From the NCBI GenBank assembly GCA_045106895.1, contig JBGCFM010000162.1, positions 1 to 56,938 on the forward strand: a DNA stretch of 56,938 nt, read 5' to 3'. Positions 9,246-18,463 of this stretch are shown piece after piece. The notes under the pieces were generated by a model. The model did not search any database. It saw only the letters and a list, made by a program, of their open reading frames with translations, and was not told where the DNA came from. This DNA is from Polyangiales bacterium (GTDB lineage Bacteria; Myxococcota_A; Polyangia; Polyangiales; Houyiibacteriaceae). A program made the translations under genes and the position numbers. Every line of letters begins with the position of its first letter. Within the stretch, counting starts at the first letter, position 1.

Positions 9246-10620
9246 GCCAATGCGTTGGCTCCGTAAACGTGGTGTCCACGATCACGTAGTTCTGTTCGCG
9301 TTTTCGAATGACCCCCTTGGCCTTGAGCGCCGCCGCCGCGTTCTGGACAGAACGACGTGACAAACCGAGGCTCTTGGAGATGCCATGGATGGGGCCGCTC
9401 TGCTCGGCAAGCTCGGCGAGAACGCGCTCTTCGACGGACGTTTCACCCGTCGGATCGCGGAACCAAAAAGGAACGTCGACCCGCAGAGAGAAGCCGTCCT
9501 CTTCGCGGACGCATCCGGCGACCTCACCAAGGGCGACTCGTATGCGATGCATGAGGGTCTTTACGACGTTTCGGTGCCGCTCATGCGCGTAGCTTTGGCC
9601 GTACACCCGCCGAAAGAACTCGTCCCGCGAAAGCACGCGAGACGGCTCGAGGGCAAGGCTGGCGACGGCGAGCGCCGTCCGCCCTTGGAGCTCGAGGCCC
9701 CTCCCACGCTCGGAACATCGTGCGTCCGCCCAAAGGCAGACACGCCTGCATCCGCTAGGCAATACGACAAGAAGGGAGCGGGACTCCCCGAAGGTGCTTC
9801 CGCACACGCCCGCGAGAGTGGCCGGCGGTAGCGCCTGGCGTCCTTCGAGGAAAGGCGCCAAGAGCGGGCTCGGTGACGAGTCTGGATCAAGCGCGCACTG
9901 GATTGCGATGCAGTCGTCGCGGTCGGAGGCGAAATCGAGGGCGGGAAGCGATAGAAGCCCGCCCCCCAAAAGAAGTCGGCCCGGCTCCGACTCTTCGTCC
10001 GGCGACGCGGCGAGTGCCTTTTCCCACGCGATACGCTCCCGCCAAAGTGAGGAGGCCGCTTTGCTGAGGGAGCCCAAGATGTGAAGCGCCCGATGACGCT
10101 GCCCACATGCGCGGCGAACACGCCCGAGGTTTAGGTACGCAAAGCACTGCGCGAGGCGACCGCCATCCGTGCGGGCGATGCGGGCTGCGGAGCGAGCGGC
10201 ATCCAGAGCCTCAGCGCGCCGACCTGATGCGAGATGAATCGCCGAAGAAGCGCCAAGCAACACGGAACGTGCCTCCGAGCTGTCAGGCTTCGGAATCGAC
10301 GCGAGCCGACCGGCGGCGTCCTCGTAGCGCCCCTCGGCGAAGGCCAGCCAGACCCATGCCAGCGAAGATGGAGCGCGGCTCGCCAGGTCACGGAGTTCCT
10401 CGAGATCTCGCAGCAGCAGCGCCCGCATCGACATATAGCCCGCCAAAGCAGGATCGTCGCTCGCTTCACCAAGCTCCACACGACGAAAGCGCGTCGGCGC
10501 CAAGAGGTGCAGGTGGGCCCGCGCGCTCAGTCCCGCCGAATCTCCCATGCCTGACAGCGACGCCAGAGGTCGATAGTCTCCTCCCGCGGCGGCTGCGAGC
10601 GCTGATTCGAGTGAGTGCAC
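9217..10620 (-). CDS. TPR-containing transcriptional regulator with C-terminal winged-helix/HTH domains
   Basis: MalT-like TPR helices; OmpR-like wHTH (LSRDEFFRRVYG..VKTLMHRIRVAL); second HTH (ISKSLGLSRRSVQNAAAALKAKGVI). Confidence 0.65.
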   Translation of the reverse strand: MHSLESALAAAAGGDYRPLASLSGMGDSAGLSARAHLHLLAPTRFRRVELGEASDDPALAGYMSMRALLLRDLEELRDLASRAPSSLAWVWLAFAEGRYEDAAGRLASIPKPDSSEARSVLLGASSAIHLASGRRAEALDAARSAARIARTDGGRLAQCFAYLNLGRVRRACGQRHRALHILGSLSKAASSLWRERIAWEKALAASPDEESEPGRLLLGGGLLSLPALDFASDRDDCIAIQCALDPDSSPSPLLAPFLEGRQALPPATLAGVCGSTFGESRSLLVVLPSGCRRVCLWADARCSERGRGLELQGRTALAVASLALEPSRVLSRDEFFRRVYGQSYAHERHRNVVKTLMHRIRVALGEVAGCVREEDGFSLRVDVPFWFRDPTGETSVEERVLAELAEQSGPIHGISKSLGLSRRSVQNAAAALKAKGVIRKREQNYVIVDTTFTEPTHWPTPLPSDES

Positions 10621-10664
10621 CAGGAGACGAATATAGCGCTAGAGACCCCGCCCGTCTGACGGAA

Positions 10665-10681
10665 TGGCATTCGCCGTTACC
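10665..10681 (+). promoter_or_regulatory. Putative operator copy 2 (TGGCATTCGCCGTTACC)
   Basis: Between the regulator and kinase starts; 15/17 match to reverse complement of 6767-6783. Confidence 0.4.
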
Positions 10682-10745
10682 GGTCCCCGAAGTGGCTGTC
10701 TTCAGCAACCGCACGAACCCCGGCGATGCGCTAGAGTCCGAGTGG

Positions 10746-12062
10746 ATGCAGCGATACCGGCGGCTCAGAGACTTGGCGTCCGGCGGCATGGGTGTCGTGG
10801 AACTCGTGGTCCGAGAAGAGGGGGCCTTCCAGCGCCTCCAGGCCCGAAAGCGGCTTCACCGGCGCTACCTTGGCGATGCCGAGCTCGAGAGGATGTTCGT
10901 CGAGGAGGCGCGACTCGCAGCGTCCATTCGCCATCCAAACGTGGTGTCTGTGCACGACATGGGCGCAGACGAGGACGGCCCTTTCCTCATCATGGACTAT
11001 GTGCACGGCGTCGCCCTAAGCACGCTCATCAAGACGGCGGAGTCCCTGCCGGAGGCGCTCGTCCTGCGGATTCTCCGCGACGTGGCCCGCGGCCTCTCCG
11101 CCGCACACGAAGCGAGAGCGCCGAACGGGGATCCGCTGTGCATCGTGCACCGCGATGTGACGCCACAGAATATTCTGCTCTCGTTTGACGACCACGTCAT
11201 GCTCACAGACTTTGGCATCGCGAAAGCTTCTCTGAGTCCAAAGACCTCGACGGGGTTGCTCAAGGGCAAGAGCGGCTACTTCGCACCGGAGCAGCTCGAC
11301 TTCTTCCCAGCGACACCGAAGACAGACCTCTTCGCGTTGGGCATCGTCGCCTGGGAAGCGTTTGCGGGACGGCGTCTGTACCGACGGGATACGCCACTTG
11401 AGACCGCTCGGGCCATCAAGTCCGAAGCGCCACCGGACCTCTATGACGTGCGGCCGGAGCTTTCGCCGGAGACCAGCCTCCTTGTCCTTGAGCTCCTCGC
11501 AAAGACGCCGGAAGAGCGGCCCGCCAGCGCCGCAGAGGTCGTCGCGCGCTGCGACGAACTCCTGGAAGAGCAGGGACTTGGAGCCAGTCTCACGGATGTC
11601 CTCCGCCAGCTCGACCTTGTCACGCCCTCGCCGTCCTTTGCTTTGGACGAGCCAAAGAACGACGACGACGCGAAGACCCTACCCACAACACCAACGCCAA
11701 AGTCGAACGCCCTTCGAAGGGGCCTTCTTGGCGTGAGCGCCTTGCTGGCCCTCGCGCTCGCGCTCGCGTCCTTCGCATGGCAGCCACAAGCGAGCATCAC
11801 CAAAGCCGCGGCGGAGCCGGTGAGAAACGAGACTCCGGCCACCGTCGAGGACAGCGCCGAGGACACCCCCGAGACCGACATCGAAACACCCGTGGATACC
11901 GACAACGCCGAAGTTGACGCCCCCGAAGTGAGCGAGCGGGAGACGACGGCAACACGTAGGCCCACAAAAGCGACGCGTCGCCCTCGCATGACCGAGACCC
12001 CCGTCGAGCCACCGGACTGTGCATCCGCGCCGTCTTGGGCACAGGTTCCTGGTTGCCCGTAG
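10746..12062 (+). CDS. Hanks-type Ser/Thr protein kinase with C-terminal TM helix
   Basis: LASGGMGVV, ARK, HPNVV, HRDVTPQN, DFG, GYFAPEQ, DLFALG; TM helix. The 10107 start overlaps the opposite gene, so ATG 10746 (or GTG 10692) is preferred. Confidence 0.93.
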   Translation: MQRYRRLRDLASGGMGVVELVVREEGAFQRLQARKRLHRRYLGDAELERMFVEEARLAASIRHPNVVSVHDMGADEDGPFLIMDYVHGVALSTLIKTAESLPEALVLRILRDVARGLSAAHEARAPNGDPLCIVHRDVTPQNILLSFDDHVMLTDFGIAKASLSPKTSTGLLKGKSGYFAPEQLDFFPATPKTDLFALGIVAWEAFAGRRLYRRDTPLETARAIKSEAPPDLYDVRPELSPETSLLVLELLAKTPEERPASAAEVVARCDELLEEQGLGASLTDVLRQLDLVTPSPSFALDEPKNDDDAKTLPTTPTPKSNALRRGLLGVSALLALALALASFAWQPQASITKAAAEPVRNETPATVEDSAEDTPETDIETPVDTDNAEVDAPEVSERETTATRRPTKATRRPRMTETPVEPPDCASAPSWAQVPGCP

Positions 12063-12071
12063 GCTCAACCC

Positions 12072-12404
12072 TCACGAAAGCTGGAGACTCTCTTTTCGTC
12101 GCAACGCGATGAGGGGCCGCTCGCCTTTGCTGTCGATCTCTCCGGCGCACTCTCGGGAACCCCGAGCAAGGTTGCGGCACGTCTCCGGACGCCACTCGTA
12201 CACGGCGCACAAGAAACGCCCTTCGTCCATGCGCAGCGCCGCGCAGTGTCCCTCGCGCATCACCATGAACGCGCGGTTGCCGTCGAAGGCTACGTACTCT
12301 TCGGCGTGCTCGCCCAAACGACCATAGTCGTCGCCCGTCACGGCGACGTAGTTTTCGAGCTGCGAGAAACAGCATGTGCCGCAGGTTGTGCAGTCGTCAG
12401 GCAA
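12072..12404 (-). CDS. YkgJ-family Cys-cluster (Zn/Fe-chelating) protein
   Basis: CTTCGTCC ... HCAAL ... CAVYEWRPETCR. Confidence 0.85.
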   Translation of the reverse strand: MPDDCTTCGTCCFSQLENYVAVTGDDYGRLGEHAEEYVAFDGNRAFMVMREGHCAALRMDEGRFLCAVYEWRPETCRNLARGSRECAGEIDSKGERPLIALRRKESLQLS

Positions 12405-12476
12405 GCGCGCAGGCTAACGGTTTCAACCCGCCAAGAGGAGACTCATCTCGAAAAGTTCGCCCGCGAAGAGACGCTC

Positions 12477-12953
12477 TCAGTCGTGACTCCCTCTCATCTG
12501 CAGTTCGTTCCAGTACTCGTCGCACTTATGAACCATGCGCGTGATGCGTTGGTCATCGCCACTATCGCCGGCCACCCACACTGCGGCCGCGTGAACGTCG
12601 TTTGTGGCAAACCCGTTCATTTGGTCGCCCGTAATCCAGCGCAGGGCGGTCATGGCGCCCCGCACGACGACCGAATCCGTCAACACCGCGACGCGTCGCG
12701 ATTCGTGCGGAATGCGGGCTTCCAGCTCGGCCTGAAGCTCCGCCACCCGTTTGCGCACGGATGCGCCTGGCTCACCCCCATGAATACGGACAATGGTGTG
12801 GGGGTTGGCGTTCGTAAGAGGCATCGACTCCGCGTAGAGCCGTTCCGCAAACTCGATGGTCCACGTTTCGACGTGGATCATCGTGATCACCACGTCTTCA
12901 ACAAACGCGATCACAACCTGGCCGTCCACGATCGCTCGCGGCTCGAAACTCAT
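12477..12953 (-). CDS. Hypothetical STAS/SEC14-like protein (myxobacterial type)
   Basis: RRVAVLTDSVVVRGAMTALRW..F..VHAAAVWV pattern; ATG 12953 preferred. Confidence 0.6.
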   Translation of the reverse strand: MSFEPRAIVDGQVVIAFVEDVVITMIHVETWTIEFAERLYAESMPLTNANPHTIVRIHGGEPGASVRKRVAELQAELEARIPHESRRVAVLTDSVVVRGAMTALRWITGDQMNGFATNDVHAAAVWVAGDSGDDQRITRMVHKCDEYWNELQMRGSHD

Positions 12954-13077
12954 ACCACCCACCGAGGGGCACCGTACGACCGACCCCATGTGAACGTCAA
13001 TAGTCGACCCCCCGGACGGGGGGGATGGCTGACGCAATGGTGCCGCCTAAGATGGACCACTTTCGTTCTGACGCGAC

Positions 13078-13899
13078 CTACGCGAGGGGTCGCGCGCGCG
13101 TTGCTTCTTGAATCGTGGCCTTGAGGACGATCATGTCGACGCCCACGTTGCGGATGACGATGGTCTTCTTCGAGCGGGGATCTTCGATCTGCAGCAGCTG
13201 GACGCTCATGCCTTTGTGGTTCTGGGTTATCGAGGCGAGCTGAAGCTCTTGAAGCGGGATCGTGAGGCGCCGAAAGTAGAACGACAAGATGAGCTCGCTA
13301 TCGGTGACTTCGGCGGCGTAGGGGTCCTTCGACAACAGGTACACGAAGCCGCCGCACATCGCGACGACGAGAGCCGTAAGCCAAAACGAGACGAAAAGAG
13401 CGAGGATGAGCTGCGGGAGCAGGAAGCACGCGAGGAAGATCTCAAGGCTCCAGCGTCGCCTGAAACGAACGGGGGCCGGTCGGGCCAACGGAACTTTCTC
13501 TAGAACCACGCCTGCAAGTTCCGCGAAGTCCTCGAGATTGTATTCGAGGGAGATGCGCGTCTCGCCATCGCCGTCGATGAGGTCGAGGCGCTGCGCCAGG
13601 TGTCGCTCGCGCACGCTTCGAATCTCGGTCCAGGGCACAAAGGGTGAATCCGGAATGTGCCCGTAGCGCAGGCCTTCTGGCTGAACCACGACGACGCTGG
13701 GGTTCATCCGCTTGAGCGCGATGTGGAAGCCAAAGGCGACAAACAGAATGAAGGCAGCGACGGCGAGTGAGCCCCAACGGTCGGAGCCCGTGTCCAAGAT
13801 CTGCCCCATCACGAGAACGAGCCCGCCGAGGCCGACCATTATGCGGATCTGAATCCGCAGGACCTGAGCGACGCTCTCGCTCAACCGATACTCGCGCAT
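13078..13899 (-). CDS. Membrane protein with two TM hairpins and bacterial PH-like domains
   Basis: Two hydrophobic hairpins each followed by a beta-rich segment (VPWTEIRSV; IPLQELQ). Confidence 0.7.
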   Translation of the reverse strand: MREYRLSESVAQVLRIQIRIMVGLGGLVLVMGQILDTGSDRWGSLAVAAFILFVAFGFHIALKRMNPSVVVVQPEGLRYGHIPDSPFVPWTEIRSVRERHLAQRLDLIDGDGETRISLEYNLEDFAELAGVVLEKVPLARPAPVRFRRRWSLEIFLACFLLPQLILALFVSFWLTALVVAMCGGFVYLLSKDPYAAEVTDSELILSFYFRRLTIPLQELQLASITQNHKGMSVQLLQIEDPRSKKTIVIRNVGVDMIVLKATIQEATRARPLA

Positions 13900-13967
13900 C
13901 GCATGAAAATAGGTCGGCCCAGCTCAGTATCGAGTGGGATTGACGCGCCGCGCGTCCCGCGTGAGTT

Positions 13968-14837
13968 TTATTGCACGTAGTCGCAGTGACCTTCGCCGAC
14001 GAAGTGTCCCGTCGTGGATGAAGCGGCGAGGATGTAGTCGTAGAGCGTGTCACCGCCGACGCTGAGTGGTCCGGGGTCGTAGACGACGGCGTCGGCGCCA
14101 TCCATGAGCGGCTGCCCATCGGCGTCGCGTACGTCCGTCATGCTCTGCCCACGGAGCATCTCAAGGGTGACTTCGCCATCGACGGCCATCGCCGCGATGG
14201 CATCGAAGCGGATCGCCGGCTCTTCCGTGGCGTAGGAGTCGAAGAAGAGGTGGTCGAAGTGGATGGTGAGGTTTGCTTCCGCGGTGGAGGCTTCCGGCAC
14301 GACGAGGCCTAGGGTCTCATCTCCGCTTTCGCAGTCCACGTTCGTTACCGTCAGCGGGATCCCAAACGAGAAGTCCACGGACTCTTCTCCCCGTGTAGCT
14401 GTGCCCTCAACGAGGAGGCTGTTTCCCCCATCGATCATCCGCTGCACATCCGCCGCGTCGACATCGATGGCGCGGCTCGCGGACGTCGGAGGAACGATGC
14501 GGTAGGAGACCTGATCCCAGCGTCGCGCCGGGACGGACTCGAAGGTATGGGCGAGGACCACTTCGGAGCTGAGGTCCACGATGACGGGATCTGTGTCGAG
14601 GAGCGCGTCGTCGCCATCGCTGGCCCGCAGCTGAAACTCTTGCACCGCCACGAGCACGCGGTCGAAGTTGAGCGACCAGCCATCGGTGAACTCGATCACT
14701 TCGTCGCCGCTGCCATTGGGGTAGCCCAGGCGTGCGCCTTCTTCGCCGTCGACGACCACCGTGAGCGAGCCCGTCGCGCCGTCGCCGCCGCAACCAAACA
14801 CCACCATCAACGCAACCATCATTCCAGCTCTCTTCAT
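13968..14837 (-). CDS. Lipoprotein of TonB-dependent receptor operon (putative metal-binding)
   Basis: Lipobox VFGC; FTDGW; TIHFDHLFFD; C-terminal GHFVGEGHC; SD AAGGA upstream. Confidence 0.8.
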   Translation of the reverse strand: MKRAGMMVALMVVFGCGGDGATGSLTVVVDGEEGARLGYPNGSGDEVIEFTDGWSLNFDRVLVAVQEFQLRASDGDDALLDTDPVIVDLSSEVVLAHTFESVPARRWDQVSYRIVPPTSASRAIDVDAADVQRMIDGGNSLLVEGTATRGEESVDFSFGIPLTVTNVDCESGDETLGLVVPEASTAEANLTIHFDHLFFDSYATEEPAIRFDAIAAMAVDGEVTLEMLRGQSMTDVRDADGQPLMDGADAVVYDPGPLSVGGDTLYDYILAASSTTGHFVGEGHCDYVQ

Positions 14838-14871
14838 CTTTTTCCTTTAAGGTTTCTATCGTCGTTGGGCG

Positions 14872-15594
14872 CTAGCGCACCGTTTGTGATTCGCGGTGAT
14901 CCGCGTGAAAAGCGCGACCGCTACGCAGGCCGATGCGAAACGCCGCCTGCGTCTGACTTGCTTCTTGAAGCTGCAGGCCGTCCAAGCGGTCAAAGGCAAC
15001 GCCGTGCAGCCAGACGCGGGGGTCCACCTGCACGGACACGCGGCTGCCTTCCTCGAGAAACGCGTCGAGGGCGATGCCTTCGACGCGGCGGAACTCGTCT
15101 TCGCCGAGGGAGAGCTCGCCGCTGAACTCCACGCTCACTCCGTCACGCATGGCGACGCCGGAGACGTGCGCGCTGGCGCTGCTGGCGGGTGGCACAAGCT
15201 CCACGGCGACCTCATCGACGACGCCTTCTTCGCCGGGCGCATCGCGCACGATGGGCGTCGGGTCGAGGGCGTCGATGAGGAGCTGTTCAAGAAGCTCGCC
15301 TCGCACGGCGCGCCCATCAAGAGGATCGAGTCCACCGTGCGCGAAGGCGCGGCTCAGGCCAAAGGGCGAGAGCGACGCCATCGGCGCGTTCGCCGGCGCG
15401 AACACGTACACAGGGCCCAACGTGACCGTCGCTTCCGTGAGTTCGACGTTCCAGCCGAGGGAGTTTACGAAGGAAGGCTCGTCGGTACCGGCGAGAGCGA
15501 TCTCGATGTTGATGGCGCGCCCGCCGGTTCCCGCCGAACAAGCGAAAGCCATGACGAGGAGCCCGAAGGAGGCGAGTGCGAGGGTGTGTTTCAT
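14872..15594 (-). CDS. Lipoprotein of TonB-dependent receptor operon
   Basis: MKHTLALASFGLLVMAFAC lipobox; AFAHGG motif; ATG 15594 overlaps the receptor stop (ATGA). Confidence 0.8.
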   Translation of the reverse strand: MKHTLALASFGLLVMAFACSAGTGGRAINIEIALAGTDEPSFVNSLGWNVELTEATVTLGPVYVFAPANAPMASLSPFGLSRAFAHGGLDPLDGRAVRGELLEQLLIDALDPTPIVRDAPGEEGVVDEVAVELVPPASSASAHVSGVAMRDGVSVEFSGELSLGEDEFRRVEGIALDAFLEEGSRVSVQVDPRVWLHGVAFDRLDGLQLQEASQTQAAFRIGLRSGRAFHADHRESQTVR

Positions 15595-18278
15595 GGGTTT
15601 GATCCATTGCTGTTCGAAGCGTCGTTGCCGGAACCACCGGTGTTTGAACCGAAGCGAAGCAGGTCCGTGTCGAGGTAGAGCGTGAGGGTGGCGAAGATCT
15701 CGCGCGGCGCGCCGGCAGCGAAGTGCCGGGCCGCGCGAAGGCTGGCGAGACCGTCCGGGTCGAAGTTCGATTCGTAGTGCAGCTCTGTCTGGCGGTAGCG
15801 GTTGTCCGTCAGGTTCCGGGCTTGCAGCGACAGCTCCACGAAACGCCACCGAACCCGCGCCGACGCGTCGAGAGTCGCGATACGTTCGCCCAAGTTGTTG
15901 AGGGGCAGCGGCCGTCGCCCAAGAACGCCACCGCCGAGGGCGGCGCCAAAGGTGACGGGCTGACCCCAGAGCTTCACCTCTCGACGAAGCGCGATATCGA
16001 CGCGACCGACGAAGCGGGGCACGAAAGGCAGGCGAGGCCCGGCGGTCAGTTCGAAGGGGCCCGCGTCGGCGCCGGGAAGATGTGCTTCGCTCCAGGTGAA
16101 GCTGCCGACGGCTTCGAACCAACCCGAAAGGCTCATTCGTCCGTTGACGTAGGCGCCGAAACGCTCGGTGCGGCCGACGAGGGTATTGCGGCCGGCTTCT
16201 GGGTTGAAGAGCAGGTCGCGGTCGACGCTTGTCCAGAAGCCCCCAGTTTGAACATCGAAGGCGAGCTCTCCGGGCGAGGTCGCCTCGCGCTCCAGTCGAA
16301 AACCGGTCTCCATGGAGCGGCTTGTGGCGAAGGGCGCGTTCTCCCCGTCGGAGAGCGCCGCAGCGTCGCTGGAGCGGGCGCCGCGACCGATGCTGCTGAC
16401 CCAGTCGAGGCTGGCTCCGGCGGCGCGGTTTGGCTTCTTCAAGATCGCGACGACGAGGGTGGCGCGGGGAAGGAGCGCTACGCCAAAGGCATCACGCGAT
16501 TCACTCGGGACTCGCTCACCGCTTCGGTCGACGTCGGGCTGGTTATGGTCCTGCATCGCGAAGGAGAAACCCGCGAGGCGCGCGCCGGCACGCACGGCGA
16601 CGCGCTCGCTTCGGAAACCCGCGCCGACGTACGCAGCGGTGGAGGTGAGCCCTAGAGAGTTGTCGCTCACGACTCGATAAGGCGTCTCGTCTGCCCGCCG
16701 GTGGCGCCAGATGTGAGTGTCGATGATGTCGTGACGCGCGAGCAGGCCGAAGTCCAAGGTGAGCTCGCGCCCGCTGAAGTTGCCCTGCACTTGAATGTCC
16801 GTGCGCACGCCGATGTTGCCGCCCTCCGTTTGCTCATCGAGTCCGTCGCCGCGCTCATCGAGGAGGAAGCCCGTGAAGTTCTCTCGGAAGCGGCTGCGAC
16901 GGAGCTGAAGCCAGGCGCTCTGCCGGGTCCGGAGGCCCGGCCGGCTCGACCAGACGTTGAAGGCCAGGAGGTGGCGGGACGCGGCCCCACCTTGGTTTGG
17001 GTCCGGGGTGCAGAAAAACTGCGAATCCGTGTCCGGTCCACAGGGCAAAGCGGAGGTCGCCACGGCGTCCTCGCGGACGACGCCGGCGGAGTCAAAGTCC
17101 AGCGCGTGGCTTGCCGCGGTGACGTTGTATCCGAGCGCTTCGTCACCACCGCTGTAGCGCGCGAGGGCGCGGACATTTCGGTGGGCGCGGTTCACACCGA
17201 AACCGCGGCCGGCTTGAACTTCGAGGCCCGCGAAGCTCTTGTCGCCGTCACCGTAGAGCAAGAGCGCACGCCGGCGCCGGTAGGAGCCGTAGCCTCCAAG
17301 AAGCTGAAAGCCGCGCTCGCCGAGTCCAAGGCGGTACTCCGCGGTCCCGGCGAGGGCGAAGTCGCCTTGGGCGACGTCGAAGGGACCCGGCAACACACGA
17401 ACGCTCTGCACGAGTTCTGGGATGAGGAAGCCACTGTCCGCGTAACCGTGGAGGTGCGCGTTGCTCGGTTCGTTCAGGGGAATTCCGTCGACGAGGACCT
17501 CGAGGTCTTGGCCTTCGCCGGCGTCGAAGCCTCGGAGGAAGAGGCTGCTCGCGTGTCCCTCCCCGGCGTGGTTGGCGAGGACGACGCCGGCCATCGCGAG
17601 CATCTGCTCGGCGTTCGTTCGAGGCACGTCGCGGAGCATCTCGAGAGAGAGCGTCCGCTCCGACGCGCTGGCGTTCGGGAGCGTTCGGGTGCCAGCGGCG
17701 ATCTCGGCGCGTGCGCCAAACTCCGGCTCGTCTTCCGCGTCGCTGTCCGGAGGCTCTGTCGCGTCGGCTTCCTCCGCTGTGGGCTCTGCTCGTTCAGCCT
17801 CTTCGGACTCTGCGGACTCTGCGGACTCTGCGGACTCTGCTGCGGGCGATGCTTCGAGGCGCAGACGTGGCGGAAACTGAATTTCGTAGGGGACGCGGGA
17901 GGCGATGGGCGTCTCTCCTCGCCTCGCCGCCTCGAAGACTAAGCTGGCGACGTGACGCAGGGCAGCGCGGCGCAGAGCGTCGGGAGCGTCGAGCGGCTGC
18001 AGCCAGCGCGTCGCGACCAATCGGCCGCCTTCATCGATGGTGAGCTCAAGACGAAGAAGAGGTGCGTCCTCAAAGTCGCCATCTGGAAGAACAGGCGCTT
18101 GTTGCTGCAGGATGCGCGGCGGCGTCACGGGTTCCGGCGCCGCTGCGTCCGCTTCGTTCAACGGCTCGTCGGCTTCCGGCGCCACGTCTTGCGCGGCGCC
18201 TGGAGCTTCCGGCGCTTGGCCGACAACGCGGCTGGCCGTGCTGAGGACGGCGATGAGAACGAGAAGGAGGCGAGTCAT
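15591..18278 (-). CDS. TonB-dependent outer-membrane receptor with N-terminal TonB C-terminal-like domain
   Basis: Signal peptide; TonB_C-like LELTIDEGGR..FEAARRGETPIASRVPYEIQF; plug NHAGEGHA..FLRGFDA..DGIPLNEPSNAHLHGYAD; barrel end ARNLTDNRY..AGAPREIFATLTLYL. ATG 18278 follows SD AGGA. Confidence 0.92.
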   Translation of the reverse strand: MTRLLLVLIAVLSTASRVVGQAPEAPGAAQDVAPEADEPLNEADAAAPEPVTPPRILQQQAPVLPDGDFEDAPLLRLELTIDEGGRLVATRWLQPLDAPDALRRAALRHVASLVFEAARRGETPIASRVPYEIQFPPRLRLEASPAAESAESAESAESEEAERAEPTAEEADATEPPDSDAEDEPEFGARAEIAAGTRTLPNASASERTLSLEMLRDVPRTNAEQMLAMAGVVLANHAGEGHASSLFLRGFDAGEGQDLEVLVDGIPLNEPSNAHLHGYADSGFLIPELVQSVRVLPGPFDVAQGDFALAGTAEYRLGLGERGFQLLGGYGSYRRRRALLLYGDGDKSFAGLEVQAGRGFGVNRAHRNVRALARYSGGDEALGYNVTAASHALDFDSAGVVREDAVATSALPCGPDTDSQFFCTPDPNQGGAASRHLLAFNVWSSRPGLRTRQSAWLQLRRSRFRENFTGFLLDERGDGLDEQTEGGNIGVRTDIQVQGNFSGRELTLDFGLLARHDIIDTHIWRHRRADETPYRVVSDNSLGLTSTAAYVGAGFRSERVAVRAGARLAGFSFAMQDHNQPDVDRSGERVPSESRDAFGVALLPRATLVVAILKKPNRAAGASLDWVSSIGRGARSSDAAALSDGENAPFATSRSMETGFRLEREATSPGELAFDVQTGGFWTSVDRDLLFNPEAGRNTLVGRTERFGAYVNGRMSLSGWFEAVGSFTWSEAHLPGADAGPFELTAGPRLPFVPRFVGRVDIALRREVKLWGQPVTFGAALGGGVLGRRPLPLNNLGERIATLDASARVRWRFVELSLQARNLTDNRYRQTELHYESNFDPDGLASLRAARHFAAGAPREIFATLTLYLDTDLLRFGSNTGGSGNDASNSNGSNP
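17804..17839. repeat. Perfect 9-bp tandem repeat (CGGACTCTG)x4 encoding (AES)x4 in the receptor linker
   Basis: Directly visible; in frame. Confidence 0.95.
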
Positions 18279-18463
18279 AAGGGTCCTGTGCCCGCCGGTC
18301 GATGCGACCGAGAGCAGCAAGAAAAGACAAATAGGGAAGACGGGTGCCCCACGACGGAGCACAGCGGCTGGACGCGGTGTGAATACCTTCGCGTCTGCGC
18401 GGCAAGACGCACGAACCAGACCTCTCGGTCAGTTCGGTCACCTCAGGATGAGTTCAGCGTGCT
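18279..18463 (-). promoter_or_regulatory. Structured 185-nt spacer between leader ORF and receptor (putative attenuator or translational switch)
   Basis: Complementary pairs 18422-18430/18306-18314 (9 bp) and 18444-18448/18284-18288 (anti-SD/SD); hairpins at 18391-18410, 18371-18395, 18344-18362, 18296-18310; pyrimidine tract on mRNA strand ~18318-18343. Confidence 0.55.

Noticed and set aside
10107..10745. 213-aa N-terminal extension of the kinase
   Set aside because: Overlaps the opposite-strand regulator and is Arg/Pro-rich shadow sequence; the kinase domain starts right after ATG 10746.
17804..17839. 9-bp tandem repeat as a phase-variation switch
   Set aside because: Unit length is a multiple of three and lies in a disordered linker, so it can only change linker length.
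18279..18463. Cobalamin riboswitch upstream of the TonB-dependent receptor
   Set aside because: No GGGAA core or GCCACTG/B12-box elements recognised; the leader-peptide model fits better. An Rfam scan would confirm.
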